DNA of 47,559 nt from a virus (taxonomy: Duplodnaviria > Caudoviricetes): the IMG/VR virus record IMGVR_UViG_3300037470_000196, positions 1 to 47,559 of that record; one strand, written 5' to 3'. Below are positions 24,054 to 34,493 of the stretch, in pieces (position 1 is the stretch's first letter; the number at the start of each line of letters is the position of its first letter). The position numbers and the translations under genes are program-made. The notes beneath the pieces were generated by a model. It saw only the letters and a program-made list of their open reading frames with translations, was not told the DNA's origin and made no database searches.

Positions 24054-24129
24054 ATTACTCCTTCAAGGGGAGTAAATGGTAACATGTATCGCGCTAATTG
24101 TCCACATGTGTCAAATGTGAACATATTAG

Positions 24130-24582
24130 TCATACGGTAAACGGCCCACGGACCGGACCAACACAGTATGGATCAAAGTAGCAAGCGGCTGATATTGCAC
24201 CTTCTAGGTCATCTGGAAATGCTCTTAGGTATCCTTGAGCCCATGGTGCGCCTGAGCCAATGGCGTCAGCGCCCCTAGCTTCGTATACATACATCCCATC
24301 AACCATGAATAGCTTGGTATGGGTCACCACAAGCATGCTGCATTTCTCGAAATCTACACGACTGGCGTCGTAATTGCGATGCAGCCACTTTGTCAGACTT
24401 TTAACCCCAGGATACTTCGGCCAACTGAACAAATGCTCAGCGGCAGACAATGCAGCGCTGTCGCCGGCCGTGCCCACCAGGTAATCGTGCACCCGAAAGT
24501 GTTTGGGCGCGTCACGTTTAACGACGCCCGTCTCTCGAGAGTCCGAGTACAAGATACCAGGTTTGGCGACTACACAGGTAAT
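24130..24582 (-). CDS. Ntn-hydrolase (HslV/proteasome beta-like) paralogue 2, apparent ATT start
   Basis: (I)TCVVAKPGILYSDSRE...GTAGD...AIGSGAPWAQG...AA..FD...G. Confidence 0.75.
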   Translation of the reverse strand: MTCVVAKPGILYSDSRETGVVKRDAPKHFRVHDYLVGTAGDSAALSAAEHLFSWPKYPGVKSLTKWLHRNYDASRVDFEKCSMLVVTHTKLFMVDGMYVYEARGADAIGSGAPWAQGYLRAFPDDLEGAISAACYFDPYCVGPVRGPFTV

Positions 24583-24586
24583 GGGA

Positions 24587-25075
24587 TTACCCCAGATATT
24601 CTACTTGACATTCACGCCCAACATCCATTGTTAGCGTTGCGGCAAACTGAATGGCATTCACACCGTCCTTAGGCGTCAGCTTGCGCTTTGACCGAATTCC
24701 TGCCAACCACCCTACAGCAAAGGGGAATCCACTACCTACCGCCCAGTACTCTGAGTCCAGCGGCAGTATACAACTGTCTCCGTTTATCTCTAGGATGCCG
24801 TCATGGGTTAGCACAAGGGTGTCGCCAATAGACTCCCTGCTGCCCCTGTCCCGAAGCATCTGTACGATGTTGGATATTGCTGCTTCTGGGCTGCTGATGT
24901 CCTGAACGCATTCCAGTATCAGGGTTTGCAACAACGCTGATCCCGCACATCCAAACAACATACCTGGTCCATGGCCTACCTTGTTCATCACGTACGGTCC
25001 CGTCATGAGTCCACAGAAGGTACTTCTACGATCGGCCGCCATCCAGCCGTCTTTGTGCGCAACAATACAAGTCAT
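24587..25075 (-). CDS. Ntn-hydrolase (HslV/proteasome beta-like) paralogue 1
   Basis: AGGAG ribosome-binding site; MTCIVA...MAADRR...K...GCAGS...WAVGSG.PFAVG...AI..A...VG. Confidence 0.82.
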   Translation of the reverse strand: MTCIVAHKDGWMAADRRSTFCGLMTGPYVMNKVGHGPGMLFGCAGSALLQTLILECVQDISSPEAAISNIVQMLRDRGSRESIGDTLVLTHDGILEINGDSCILPLDSEYWAVGSGFPFAVGWLAGIRSKRKLTPKDGVNAIQFAATLTMDVGRECQVEYLG

Positions 25076-25272
25076 CGTACTCTCCTGTCGGTTACACAGG
25101 GCATGGATAGTGCCTGTAAACGCTGCTGCTGGCACCCTTCAAATATGCGCCACGGATCGGTGGAGTCCACACACACGAACGCTGCAAGACGTTCTACGCT
25201 TCCTGGTCTGCCAATGCGGCTAGCCTTTTGGATTCGTTCGGGGGTTACGATTGGGTCATTGATGTGGTTCAA
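25072..25272 (-). CDS. Small hypothetical protein
   Basis: 66 aa; AAGGA upstream; stop overlaps the next ATG. Confidence 0.45.
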   Translation of the reverse strand: MNHINDPIVTPERIQKASRIGRPGSVERLAAFVCVDSTDPWRIFEGCQQQRLQALSMPCVTDRRVR

Positions 25273-25287
25273 AGCTGTTGGGTCCTT

Positions 25288-25419
25288 CTAAGGCAAGGGT
25301 CGGTACTGAGTGAGACGATATGTTTTCCAGGATTTATCAGTCCACGGTCGGCGGCTATCCTGACACCGCCTACGGTTTTTCAAGCACCACTCGCATAAAC
25401 GCAGAAATCCCCGTTTCAT
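25288..25419 (-). CDS. Small basic protein (KSWK..R..QY)
   Basis: ATG 22 nt downstream of element C; start uncertain. Confidence 0.5.
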   Translation of the reverse strand: MKRGFLRLCEWCLKNRRRCQDSRRPWTDKSWKTYRLTQYRPLP

Positions 25420-25440
25420 GGGTCGTCTTGCCCACTCGGG

Positions 25441-25471
25441 GTACGAGTTGCCCCTCGTACGGGGAGTGTGA
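25441..25471 (-). promoter_or_regulatory. Element C, copy 2
   Basis: 30/31 identical to 858-888. Confidence 0.85.
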
Positions 25472-25492
25472 TCTCCGGTCTGCACATCAAGC

Positions 25493-25729
25493 CTACAGAC
25501 AGGCGCCCCTGTTTTGCAGTAGGCGATCACGGTAGGCCTGAAGGCGGTGGAGCATTTCGTCATCCTCCATTGTAAACAGGTCGTGTTCCGTCAACGGTTG
25601 CGGTCCCCTGGTCTGGATATTGACCAGCACTTGCCCCATGCGCATGTCCGGGCTCACCCCCCAGATTTCCTGCAACACGCCGATTAGTCGATTGATGCGT
25701 TCAGGATTTCTGCATTCGAGGTTTTTCAT
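25493..25729 (-). CDS. DUF1040/YihD-like small protein
   Basis: RNPERINRLI..LQEIW...PDMRMGQVL.N...DLFTMEDD. Confidence 0.7.
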   Translation of the reverse strand: MKNLECRNPERINRLIGVLQEIWGVSPDMRMGQVLVNIQTRGPQPLTEHDLFTMEDDEMLHRLQAYRDRLLQNRGACL

Positions 25730-25795
25730 TTACCCGTTACCTTTTTGATCCAGCCGCGAAACATGTACAGGTTATAGAATATTGCAGTTTTCCAA

Positions 25796-25830
25796 GTCGC
25801 AAGCTTCAAGGCGTTGCGCAGCCATATCAA
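25796..25830 (-). repeat. Element P
   Basis: 34/35 identical to 16204-16238. Confidence 0.92.
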
Positions 25831-25845
25831 TCTACATTTATCCAT

Positions 25846-26481
25846 TTATCTAGTCCTCGCTCCATCCAAAAAGGTTAAATCTTTCAGTGGTGGCATGGTC
25901 AGGGGCGGGTCTTCGCTGTCAACTGTACGAATGAACGTCAGGCCCTGTCGAGCACGTTTGCCTACGCACACAGAGTCGCCAACGTTACCATCTGCGTCAC
26001 ATACCCAGTCAGCGTTGGTGGCGAGGATCCCGCCACCATGACCCGGAGTAAACCCTATAGCCTCAGGGTTGTATAAAAATGCGAATAGATCGCCAGGCAG
26101 AGGATTTTCGGTGATACGCCCGTTCTGCTTGGCCCATTCAATCATAGCCCACGCGCTCATGTGGTATAGGGGCCAGTCTACGCTGCATTCACGCATGACG
26201 TGCGAAATAAATGCGATACACCACGGGTTACCAACACCCAGTCCACCAGGCTTCTGTATCTCATCCAGCCACTCCGACCGGTTGGGCTTGCCTGTATCTT
26301 CCTTGCGGCCGTTGTACTTCAGGAAAGTTCGTACGATCAGTTGTCGCTGACACGGCAAGGTACTGATACCGTGCCACCATCGAGTGCGGGGGCCGTAATC
26401 GGCGTCTTTGACTAACGGCTTACCGTTCCAATCGATGCCGTCTTCTTGAACACTTAGTATTTGTTGTCTGTCCAATATCAT
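25846..26481 (-). CDS. Endolysin, CHAP-type
   Basis: DADYGPRT (PG-binding-like), PWCIAFIS, PGDLF, GHGG, DGN; follows the tail tip gene. Confidence 0.8.
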   Translation of the reverse strand: MILDRQQILSVQEDGIDWNGKPLVKDADYGPRTRWWHGISTLPCQRQLIVRTFLKYNGRKEDTGKPNRSEWLDEIQKPGGLGVGNPWCIAFISHVMRECSVDWPLYHMSAWAMIEWAKQNGRITENPLPGDLFAFLYNPEAIGFTPGHGGGILATNADWVCDADGNVGDSVCVGKRARQGLTFIRTVDSEDPPLTMPPLKDLTFLDGARTR

Positions 26482-26486
26482 GGTCG

Positions 26487-29400
26487 TTAAAGTCGAGTTT
26501 TCAGGTAGAGTTCCCGTATTTCGTCGGAGCTTAGCACACGTCCGTAGTACCGGCAATCGTCTCCTCGGCCGACCAACCCGTTGGCTCCAGCAATTTGCCC
26601 AAATATCCTTAGATTACCGTTGGGGGCGCCGGGGACAGAAGATGCAAAATCTACCTGCTCCCCATTGATATACAGGATCATTGTATCGGATACTGCGTCA
26701 TACGTTAGCGTCGCCATGGCCCATTCATCATTAGGCCATGTGCCAGCACCGCTTGTAACATAATTTACACCGCCGTGTCCACCAATAAGAGCATCTGTTA
26801 CCGTGATCAGGAATCGTTCGTCACTTGTTTCCACTGAGCAGATGATGGCAGCTTCAGGCCCTGATGATCTGAATACCCAAGCGGATTTCGTGTAGCTGGC
26901 GGCAGCAAACACATTGGATGTAGTGATGCTGATATGATCCGATACTGTAGTGCCTTCCCACACCGTACCACGGGTGGCGTCTCCGACAGTGCCGCCCCCG
27001 ACAGCAGACGTTGTCAGCGCGTATGGTCCCCAGTCAGCATGCGCCACTAGACCCAGTTGTGTTATAAACGGCAGCCAAAACCGCATCCCGTCGTTCCAGT
27101 AAAATGCGTGGCTGTAATTGAGCGCGGTTATGTTGTAAACACCTCGTTCTTTGTGGGATTTTTCTCTCACGCGAAACGCGGTAGGAGTTGTGGTGCTGTT
27201 ACGGACGGCTTGATATTTGGTGGGCACCCCAACCGCGGAATTGGTTACCAGTGTGACAGACGGGGCAGATGCAAGAATTACGGTGCGGGCATCTGGGTTG
27301 GATGCAATGGCAATAGCCTCCACTGTACCATCTGTGTGTTGCAGGAACATGGTAGACGGGTCCGAGCCCACCGTTACGTCCTGGCTGGTGGTCAGTGTGG
27401 ACCCGGATACGTTGACTATCTCGCCGTCTTCTGTGTCGTCTCTGGTGCCGTCGGCTATCAGGATTCTGTCCTCTAGGGCCAGCAGGGCGGCTTCCTCCGT
27501 GACCTCCATTTCCACAGCCGTGTTCTGATGCAATAGGCGATTGTACTCTCTCCATGCATGCCAGGCAGCGTGGCGGTGTGTACGGATACCCGGCACTGTC
27601 AGAACCTTAGGGTGTAGTGCTACATCCAATGGCGGGATGGTGTATGTTTTTACTTCGTCATCATTAGGTGTATCCGTGTCGATGTCCACATAATCAATGC
27701 GAATCCCGTCATAGTCTTCCTCTGTACCAAAAACAACGGTACGCTGTTCAGTGTCAATCAGTCGATTGCGATGATTGATCAGCAGTACCGAATCCGACGT
27801 GGCGATGTCCGGTCGTACTTTTACAATATCACCAACTCGATAGGGAACAGCAAAACAAGCCTCACACACGGTGGCGATGATCTCCTCTAATGACGTATTC
27901 TCGTCATCGAAGGTGTAGTTGAACTGCCCCGCCGCATCTCCTCCAACACCATCAGAATCCGGGCCACCGAAGTGCGCTCGTACTTGGGAGAATGCGTCAG
28001 CGATTCCGGCAAAATCTATCTGAGCGGCGGGCAGATTACCGATGTGTGTGTCTTGCAGCATATGGAACAAGACATTTTCTGCTAGATTGTTGGTGGTTGC
28101 CGCATCGAAGTCTACGCCATTCCATACAGGTATCCTACGGTACGCCAGAACGTTCAACCGTCGTTCTATTTGTTGCTTCGCTCCTTCGTTGACAATTGTA
28201 CGAGTACGAATGGTGGTCAGGGACCCGAAGCTGCCTTGTGTGATACCTGTGAGTGAATAGCAATGGGTCCAGCGGATTTCATCTTCAGCCCGTCCAGAAA
28301 AGGGTAGGTACCAACTATTTCGCAGATCGCCTGCTTGCGATCCTCCTCCGTTGTTTGGTTTCCTGGACGAAATGGTTCCAGTGTGATCAATAACAGAGGC
28401 AGATACAGCTTGGAGTCCGATTGATTCCGTGGGCAGCGTGTTGGGGTCGTCTGTTATGAATCCGTTGTATTGACTAGGAGCATCTTGCTTCCAGGGCGTA
28501 CGAGTTAAACGTCGGCAGCGGACTAGAAATGGCCCTTGTACTTCAGGCACAGAGAACTTGACGGTAAGCGCCCGAATACTTCTTCGTGAAATTGCACCTT
28601 GTACTGTTCTTAATTCGGGGTTGGCAGGATACACTTCTGCCGGGGATCCAACAGGCAACCCAAACTGGTCTGCTGCCGTTACTTCGATTTCAACTTCTAC
28701 GTCGAATTGTTTTTGTGATTTACCGTCGTCCACGTATAAGCCGTTAGGCGCAACGAAGTTACACACTACGGTACGAGTGGTGCCCGGAGGCAAAAGGTCG
28801 TCCATGAAGAAGGGCCCCACCCATTCCTTGTCAATGGGTGTAATCATGGCGCTGCCATTGCCTATGGACCCCTCTGAACCACTTGTAGAGGGTATCCCGT
28901 CCACGTACGTGTCAATCAATGCCCACTGAGCTTGAGCTGAGCCGCTTGCACTGAAGTCAACGTCGATGGTGTGGTTAGGTGTATCTGGTGAAGCACCTGG
29001 GAAAAAATCATTATTGAACCCCGTTACCACTACATTGCCCCCAAACCCTAGGTCTGGTATGGCCCCTGTTCCATCTTGATAGGCCACCCAATTTTTCGTG
29101 TGGCGTGCTGGGCTGAACGTGCGATTGGGAAAAATATTTAGCCCGGACGGCGTGGTAACACATTCGGTCCGTGCAATTATCCGTAGCGTATCCCCAACAC
29201 TGACCTTCTCCATGTTGGGCTGATCCACGTATATTTTGCCCGTAGTGGGCGTAATTCGTTTAAATTGAGCCTTGGACCAAAATACGGTACCTGGGATGTC
29301 CCCCAAGATAGTAAATGCGTTGTCTGGCTCTAGTACCTGCCCATTGACTCCCTCCACTTGTCGTACAGTGAAAACGGGATCGTCAATGAACTCACCAAAC

Positions 29401-30047
29401 TCTTCTACGGGGTTGTCTGTTCCAGGGTTGCCTGTGGGGATGGCACCGGGCCCATACACAGCGTAGGATAGACCGTCTACTTCACCTACTAGAGTGTCAC
29501 CCTCTCTGATATCTGCCACTAGACAGTCACCGCGACTGATACACATGTAAGTGGTTTGTGTTTCTCTGTGATTTGAATACGTAGTATATGGCAGCTGTAG
29601 TAAGTCCGGAGTAGACCTGACCAGTCCATAAATGTCCGGGATGCGTCCCAGCACACGTGCTACGTTTTGTCTGTCCCCTAGTTTGTTGTTAGGAGATCCT
29701 CGCAGCTCACCGAACCGTAAAGATGGCTCTTGTTTCTTTTTGTCCTCTATCACCCAGGCTACAATCAGTGATGCTACTAATATCCCGCCCAGGAGCACTG
29801 GGTGCACGGCTTCGGGATAGACCACCACGTACAGTTGTCCTGTTAGCGCCTGTAATCTGTCTATGCCCGCCTCGTCCTTCGGTGTGACATCTTTTTGAAG
29901 GCTGATGTCTCCGTGAAATATCTTTGCAGTAGCGGGAAAGGTGTCTCCAAACTGCTGAGATAGAAACAGGCATACATCCTCTACCTCGTGTGTTGTCCAT
30001 GTACGAGGGTCTAAGGCGTTGAGGCCTAGTGTTACAATGACGCTCAT
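26487..30047 (-). CDS. Tail tip / host-specificity protein (gpJ-like) with C-terminal LamG-like domain
   Basis: SPNNKLGDRQNVAR..GRIPDIYG.VRSTPDL; W...TLTYD....LYINGE...DDCRYY.RVLS.DEI. Confidence 0.9.
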   Translation of the reverse strand: MSVIVTLGLNALDPRTWTTHEVEDVCLFLSQQFGDTFPATAKIFHGDISLQKDVTPKDEAGIDRLQALTGQLYVVVYPEAVHPVLLGGILVASLIVAWVIEDKKKQEPSLRFGELRGSPNNKLGDRQNVARVLGRIPDIYGLVRSTPDLLQLPYTTYSNHRETQTTYMCISRGDCLVADIREGDTLVGEVDGLSYAVYGPGAIPTGNPGTDNPVEEFGEFIDDPVFTVRQVEGVNGQVLEPDNAFTILGDIPGTVFWSKAQFKRITPTTGKIYVDQPNMEKVSVGDTLRIIARTECVTTPSGLNIFPNRTFSPARHTKNWVAYQDGTGAIPDLGFGGNVVVTGFNNDFFPGASPDTPNHTIDVDFSASGSAQAQWALIDTYVDGIPSTSGSEGSIGNGSAMITPIDKEWVGPFFMDDLLPPGTTRTVVCNFVAPNGLYVDDGKSQKQFDVEVEIEVTAADQFGLPVGSPAEVYPANPELRTVQGAISRRSIRALTVKFSVPEVQGPFLVRCRRLTRTPWKQDAPSQYNGFITDDPNTLPTESIGLQAVSASVIDHTGTISSRKPNNGGGSQAGDLRNSWYLPFSGRAEDEIRWTHCYSLTGITQGSFGSLTTIRTRTIVNEGAKQQIERRLNVLAYRRIPVWNGVDFDAATTNNLAENVLFHMLQDTHIGNLPAAQIDFAGIADAFSQVRAHFGGPDSDGVGGDAAGQFNYTFDDENTSLEEIIATVCEACFAVPYRVGDIVKVRPDIATSDSVLLINHRNRLIDTEQRTVVFGTEEDYDGIRIDYVDIDTDTPNDDEVKTYTIPPLDVALHPKVLTVPGIRTHRHAAWHAWREYNRLLHQNTAVEMEVTEEAALLALEDRILIADGTRDDTEDGEIVNVSGSTLTTSQDVTVGSDPSTMFLQHTDGTVEAIAIASNPDARTVILASAPSVTLVTNSAVGVPTKYQAVRNSTTTPTAFRVREKSHKERGVYNITALNYSHAFYWNDGMRFWLPFITQLGLVAHADWGPYALTTSAVGGGTVGDATRGTVWEGTTVSDHISITTSNVFAAASYTKSAWVFRSSGPEAAIICSVETSDERFLITVTDALIGGHGGVNYVTSGAGTWPNDEWAMATLTYDAVSDTMILYINGEQVDFASSVPGAPNGNLRIFGQIAGANGLVGRGDDCRYYGRVLSSDEIRELYLKTRL

Positions 30048-30400
30048 TTGTAGTATTCGACTGTTGGAAATCCCGCCGTGGCGTGATGCAATGGCGCGTA
30101 GGCTGCGCCGCGGGAATTTAGGTGCAGGACTCGTCCGTTATGAAATACACCGATATGCGGGGCAATCCTCTTGCGCAGCATCAGTACCAAACAAGGGGAT
30201 TCAGCACTCGGCAGACGCTGCAACTGCTGAGCACGTTTTACCACTAATCCGTGTAAGTGGTCAAGTTGCCAGGGGGACATGTTATCCGGAACCAACTCTA
30301 CGTTAGTCAGATCCTTCCACACGTCACAGACGAAGTGCCAGCAGTTGTACTTGGATTGATCATACTGACGACCTAGGTAACTATCTACAGAGAACGTCAT
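30044..30400 (-). CDS. NlpC/P60 tail tip assembly protein
   Basis: YNCWHFV, HIGVF, VLHL. Confidence 0.85.
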   Translation of the reverse strand: MTFSVDSYLGRQYDQSKYNCWHFVCDVWKDLTNVELVPDNMSPWQLDHLHGLVVKRAQQLQRLPSAESPCLVLMLRKRIAPHIGVFHNGRVLHLNSRGAAYAPLHHATAGFPTVEYYK

Positions 30401-30900
30401 GCCAACGGCCTCAGCATCGGAAAGCGAAGCAGGTTGTACGTTTCCCCTGTTCGTGCAACGTTGAAAGACGCAGCACGGGCCTTGAACGTTGCACCTTCTT
30501 TATTTAACGCTATGGCATCTACGCGAAGACTAACGGGACCAAACAGGGGTTCGTCTAGGTCATCGGAACGGTACGTTCTGTACTTCAACAACGGTTTGAT
30601 TTGAGTCGTGTTGGCTGCGGCTATTAGACTGAGTTCTGCCGGAATTATCTCGCCTAGGTCCCCCAGTGTCACCTCTATGCTCTGATCTAAGTCAGTGCCG
30701 GAGCCCAGTGCTTTAATGGCCATGGGCACGTCAGTGTAGTCGTATGGGCCATCTGGACCCTCGTGTGTGACCGTAACACCGCCCACGCGGTTGCGCACAA
30801 GACGATGCGTTTCGGAAAAGCTGGGGTGCGTAATCTCTAGCAACTCCAACTGGGCAACGACCGGCGGGGAGCTTAAGAAAAACTCGCTGTAGGCACTCAT
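30397..30900 (-). CDS. Minor tail protein (DUF1833-like)
   Basis: LEITHPSF...RLVRN; YRTYRSDDL..P; TGETY...RFPML; position in tail module. Confidence 0.8.
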   Translation of the reverse strand: MSAYSEFFLSSPPVVAQLELLEITHPSFSETHRLVRNRVGGVTVTHEGPDGPYDYTDVPMAIKALGSGTDLDQSIEVTLGDLGEIIPAELSLIAAANTTQIKPLLKYRTYRSDDLDEPLFGPVSLRVDAIALNKEGATFKARAASFNVARTGETYNLLRFPMLRPLA

Positions 30901-31571
30901 TCCGGCACCAGAATACAGGCCCCACTGGTGGCAAAATATAGTTTAGACACGCTATTACGGAGTACGGTCCAGTTGGGGTTGATCGCCGGAGCGCCTACCA
31001 GTGTGATGATTGATTCAAGCGGTTTTCCTAGTATTGTGTAGGTCCCGTCAACGTCCAACGCAACACCGTTCACCGTGCCGTCAGTATCAGTGAGAATGAC
31101 TTGTCGACCGATGGGGAAGTCATTCATTTCTGCCGTGTATGTTCCGCCGCCGCTACTGGAGATCACACGGTCGTCAGAAACACTTTGTAGGCCTAATTGA
31201 AATGAACGAGTGGGGTTAGGGGTAACTTCAAACGTTCCCTGCACCCAGAAGGCATTGCCTCGTTGTCTGGTTAGCCGTGGCAGGTCTCCAAAGCACACGC
31301 ATACGTGTGGCATGGTGATGCCAACATCAGACACTATCGTCATGCGAAACGGGCGAGTCCCAAACTGCAACCGTTCTCGGAAGAACCCCATGAGTTCGGT
31401 ATACTGCGTACGGTTTACTATCCAAGTCGCTCCGACTGTAGACGCACCACCTACGATGTCCGTGCGGCGACGTGACGCGCCACCCTCTAACTTGGTCGCT
31501 ACTACGTTATCGGCAGGAGTGAAATTGTAGCCGTCAGACACAGGGTCGATGGACAGCAGGGGTGTAGCCAT
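30897..31571 (-). CDS. Distal tail protein
   Basis: Follows tape measure; V.TKLEGG.SR.R motif. Confidence 0.75.
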   Translation of the reverse strand: MATPLLSIDPVSDGYNFTPADNVVATKLEGGASRRRTDIVGGASTVGATWIVNRTQYTELMGFFRERLQFGTRPFRMTIVSDVGITMPHVCVCFGDLPRLTRQRGNAFWVQGTFEVTPNPTRSFQLGLQSVSDDRVISSSGGGTYTAEMNDFPIGRQVILTDTDGTVNGVALDVDGTYTILGKPLESIITLVGAPAINPNWTVLRNSVSKLYFATSGACILVPE

Positions 31572-34492
31572 TACCGGGCCCTCTTGATGCCGAAGTTCCT
31601 ACGGATAGCCTTGGACATGTTACCGTTAGCGTTGCCCATCTCTCCTGCGACAATGGCAGGACCTCGTTCTTGCAACGCTTTGTTGATCATTACTTCAATG
31701 TCGCCAGTGCTGGGGTTATGCTGTACGTCGACCTGTTGGCCGCCGTAGTTGTGCACGTTGATGCTGGGGGTGCCGTTAACTTGTTTTCCGGCGTTCATGG
31801 ACTCTAGCATTGCGCGGTTACGGGCCGTAGCGTTGGCATTCACCACGAACTCTTTGCCGTGTACCACTCCGGCGATATCACCACGGCCGCCGCTGCCTGT
31901 GTACCCACCGGACTGAAAGTAGCCTCCGGAGGCACCACTGCCGATCCGTGCTGGCATCAGTGGAACAGGGGACATACCTAATCCTATACTATTCGCTCCG
32001 CCTGTTACTAGCAATTGCAAGGCAGTGGATATTGCTGTTGACGCTAACTGCTTGGAAATATTTGTCAGGGCATCGGATAGATTGTCACCAAACACGATGG
32101 CATTAGCTGCTGCGTCAGCCATGCTTTGTCCCAAGCCATCAAATACCCCCATGATCATCTGGTGGGCCTGTGACTGTTCCGCCAACTTTCGTTCGACTGC
32201 GTCTAACTGCTCAGGGTAACGACTCAAGAAATCCTGGTACTTGACCAATTCTGCGTTGTACTCGCGCATTGGGTCTAGTGCATTCTTCACGCTCTCGTCT
32301 GACATGAAGACTTTCATGTCATTAGAGCGTCGTCCCTCTTGTTCACCCTGACCGATGCCGATGGATATCTGTTGCTCTTGTTTACGTTTCTCCGCCAATT
32401 GGTCAGTAATTTGCTGCACCAACTTCAATGCTTCTTCATATTCTTCGTTCTGGCGAATGGCCAACTTGAGAGAGGCATCTTGCTCGGCAGTCATTTTATC
32501 CTGCACGGTCTTTAAAAGACTACTGCGTGCCGACAGGAAGCCGCTTTCCACCTGTCCTTCTAGGCCACCCCCTACTCGAGACAGGATGCGCTGCCGTTGC
32601 AATTCATCCATGACCTGTTCTAGGGTTTTGCCAGAAGGCTTACGGCCCTTCTTGGTCTTGCTGAACGGGTCTATGGTACGCTTGCCCTTGTCGTCTAGTT
32701 CGGACTCGGCGATCATTTCGTCAGCCTCTCGCAATAGACGCCGGTCCTCTCGTTCCTGGGCGCGCTCATTGACTAGGTTAGACGTTCCTTTTACCAAGTC
32801 TTGGAAGTATGTAGGATTGAGTTCTTTGCCCCCTCGATCACCTGAAAGAAGACCGGCCTGATCTTGAGCAATAGACCCTTCTAGTATCTCCCCTAAGTGA
32901 CCTCCCACTCGACGGCCAAAGTCTGCTACCTTAGCTAACTTAAGCAGCCAGGACTCTGTTTTGTCGGACAGTCCTTCGATTTTTTCTCCGATCTCATCCA
33001 GTGGATCCTTAGAATCTTCCGCGCCTTGAAGCATTGTTGTCCACAGGGCATCAGTCAAATCGCTCCAAGTGGCTGTCGCATCGCTAGCGATCTCCATGTT
33101 GGAGATGAAGGGCAGCAGAGCAGCAGTAGCAGCCGCAATGAGCACCCCTCCGGCGATAATGGGATTTGCCATGCAAACAGCGGTAAATGCTCTCACCCCG
33201 ACCGTCGCGGAATGTATGCCCTTGGCAAACAGGCCCACTAGCAACACACCGCCCAGTGACTTGGCAGCGTCTATCAGTGTGTCGATATTATCTGCCGCCA
33301 TTACCAGTACGTCAGCCAGGGAGCTAACGCTGTCCTGCATCCGCTCTGATGCGACAACGGCCGCTGTCTTCATTCTTTCCCATGCCTGGGCAAAGGTCAG
33401 ACGCAGTTTTGAGAACTTCTCCTCAATGCCCTGGGTACCTTCTAGCATGGCATCAAACACCACTTCCGTGGATATTTTACCCTGCTCACCCATGGCTCGC
33501 AAGGCGCCGACAGTGGTGTTGAGTTTATCCGCAATCAACTGCGCGACAATAGGTAACTGCTCCAAGACAGAACGAAGTTCGTCACCACGCAATGTGCCGG
33601 ACGCCAAGCCCTGGGACAACTGAATGGCAGCGTTAGACGCTTCAATGGCTGTTGAGCCGCCCACTTGAATGGCCTTGGACAGGGTATCGGTGAACTGAAT
33701 TGTTTCACGTGTGCTACGACCGTAGCCCACCATGGCGCGCTCAGTTCTGGCAAACACTGTCGCTACCGAGGACAGTGCTGAACGAGAGTCGTTGGCTACG
33801 GTCGTGAGGTGCTTAAGGACAACAGACGTTTTGGCCACGCTGTCCGTGACTGTGGCCACCTTGTTTTGAAGGTTAGTGAACGTGTCAGTGGTTCGGATGA
33901 TGCCGCGAGCCAATTGTATGACGCCAATCACTGCCACTACTCGTCCAAACAAACTGAAGTGCCCCGCCGAAATCTTTGCCTGGCGCCCCGCCTTTCGTAT
34001 GGCGCTGCTCATCTTGTTGACGTTAGTCGTACCTTGTTTTAGGTTGGCTCCAGTCATTGCTGCGGCAAACCCTGCCATGCGGTCGCCACTGGCATCTGGA
34101 GTAAACGCAGGCTTACCACGAGCTTTCGTGGTGAAGTCTGCGGCCATTCCCATTGTGCCGCCGCCCCTACCTAGTGGAAATGGAGCACCGCGGCCGCCCA
34201 TGGTTAGGCCTTCAAAACCCAGGTGTTTGCCAGCGCCAGCCATTCGATTGGCAGCGGCCGTCGTACGAGCCGCTGCCTTCTCAGCAGCGGCGGCCATTTT
34301 CTCAGCTGCCTTGTGAATTTTGTGGATGGACTCAGTTACCGTCTTGGTCCCGTCTGCCGCTATCTTGACAGTGTGCGTCTTCTTAGTCAGACCGTCGGCC
34401 GCAACCGTGACCTTCCGGATAGCATTGGCAGTGGTCTCATGCCCTTCCGGTTTGATCTTGACAACAATGGTCTCGGTAGTGCTGCCGTCCAT
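31571..34492 (-). CDS. Tape measure protein
   Basis: QLSQGLASGTLRGDELRSVLEQLP; GGYTG.GG...AGVVHGKEFV. Confidence 0.95.
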   Translation of the reverse strand: MDGSTTETIVVKIKPEGHETTANAIRKVTVAADGLTKKTHTVKIAADGTKTVTESIHKIHKAAEKMAAAAEKAAARTTAAANRMAGAGKHLGFEGLTMGGRGAPFPLGRGGGTMGMAADFTTKARGKPAFTPDASGDRMAGFAAAMTGANLKQGTTNVNKMSSAIRKAGRQAKISAGHFSLFGRVVAVIGVIQLARGIIRTTDTFTNLQNKVATVTDSVAKTSVVLKHLTTVANDSRSALSSVATVFARTERAMVGYGRSTRETIQFTDTLSKAIQVGGSTAIEASNAAIQLSQGLASGTLRGDELRSVLEQLPIVAQLIADKLNTTVGALRAMGEQGKISTEVVFDAMLEGTQGIEEKFSKLRLTFAQAWERMKTAAVVASERMQDSVSSLADVLVMAADNIDTLIDAAKSLGGVLLVGLFAKGIHSATVGVRAFTAVCMANPIIAGGVLIAAATAALLPFISNMEIASDATATWSDLTDALWTTMLQGAEDSKDPLDEIGEKIEGLSDKTESWLLKLAKVADFGRRVGGHLGEILEGSIAQDQAGLLSGDRGGKELNPTYFQDLVKGTSNLVNERAQEREDRRLLREADEMIAESELDDKGKRTIDPFSKTKKGRKPSGKTLEQVMDELQRQRILSRVGGGLEGQVESGFLSARSSLLKTVQDKMTAEQDASLKLAIRQNEEYEEALKLVQQITDQLAEKRKQEQQISIGIGQGEQEGRRSNDMKVFMSDESVKNALDPMREYNAELVKYQDFLSRYPEQLDAVERKLAEQSQAHQMIMGVFDGLGQSMADAAANAIVFGDNLSDALTNISKQLASTAISTALQLLVTGGANSIGLGMSPVPLMPARIGSGASGGYFQSGGYTGSGGRGDIAGVVHGKEFVVNANATARNRAMLESMNAGKQVNGTPSINVHNYGGQQVDVQHNPSTGDIEVMINKALQERGPAIVAGEMGNANGNMSKAIRRNFGIKRAR

Positions 34493-34493
34493 G

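Noticed and set aside
25769-25787. Fifth sigma54-like box
   Set aside because: GG-to-GC spacing is 12 rather than 10, and TGGCA is absent.
30013-30023. Extra P copy (aaggcgttgag) in the tail tip gene
   Set aside because: Only 11 nt match, with no stem or TGAAG; compatible with chance.
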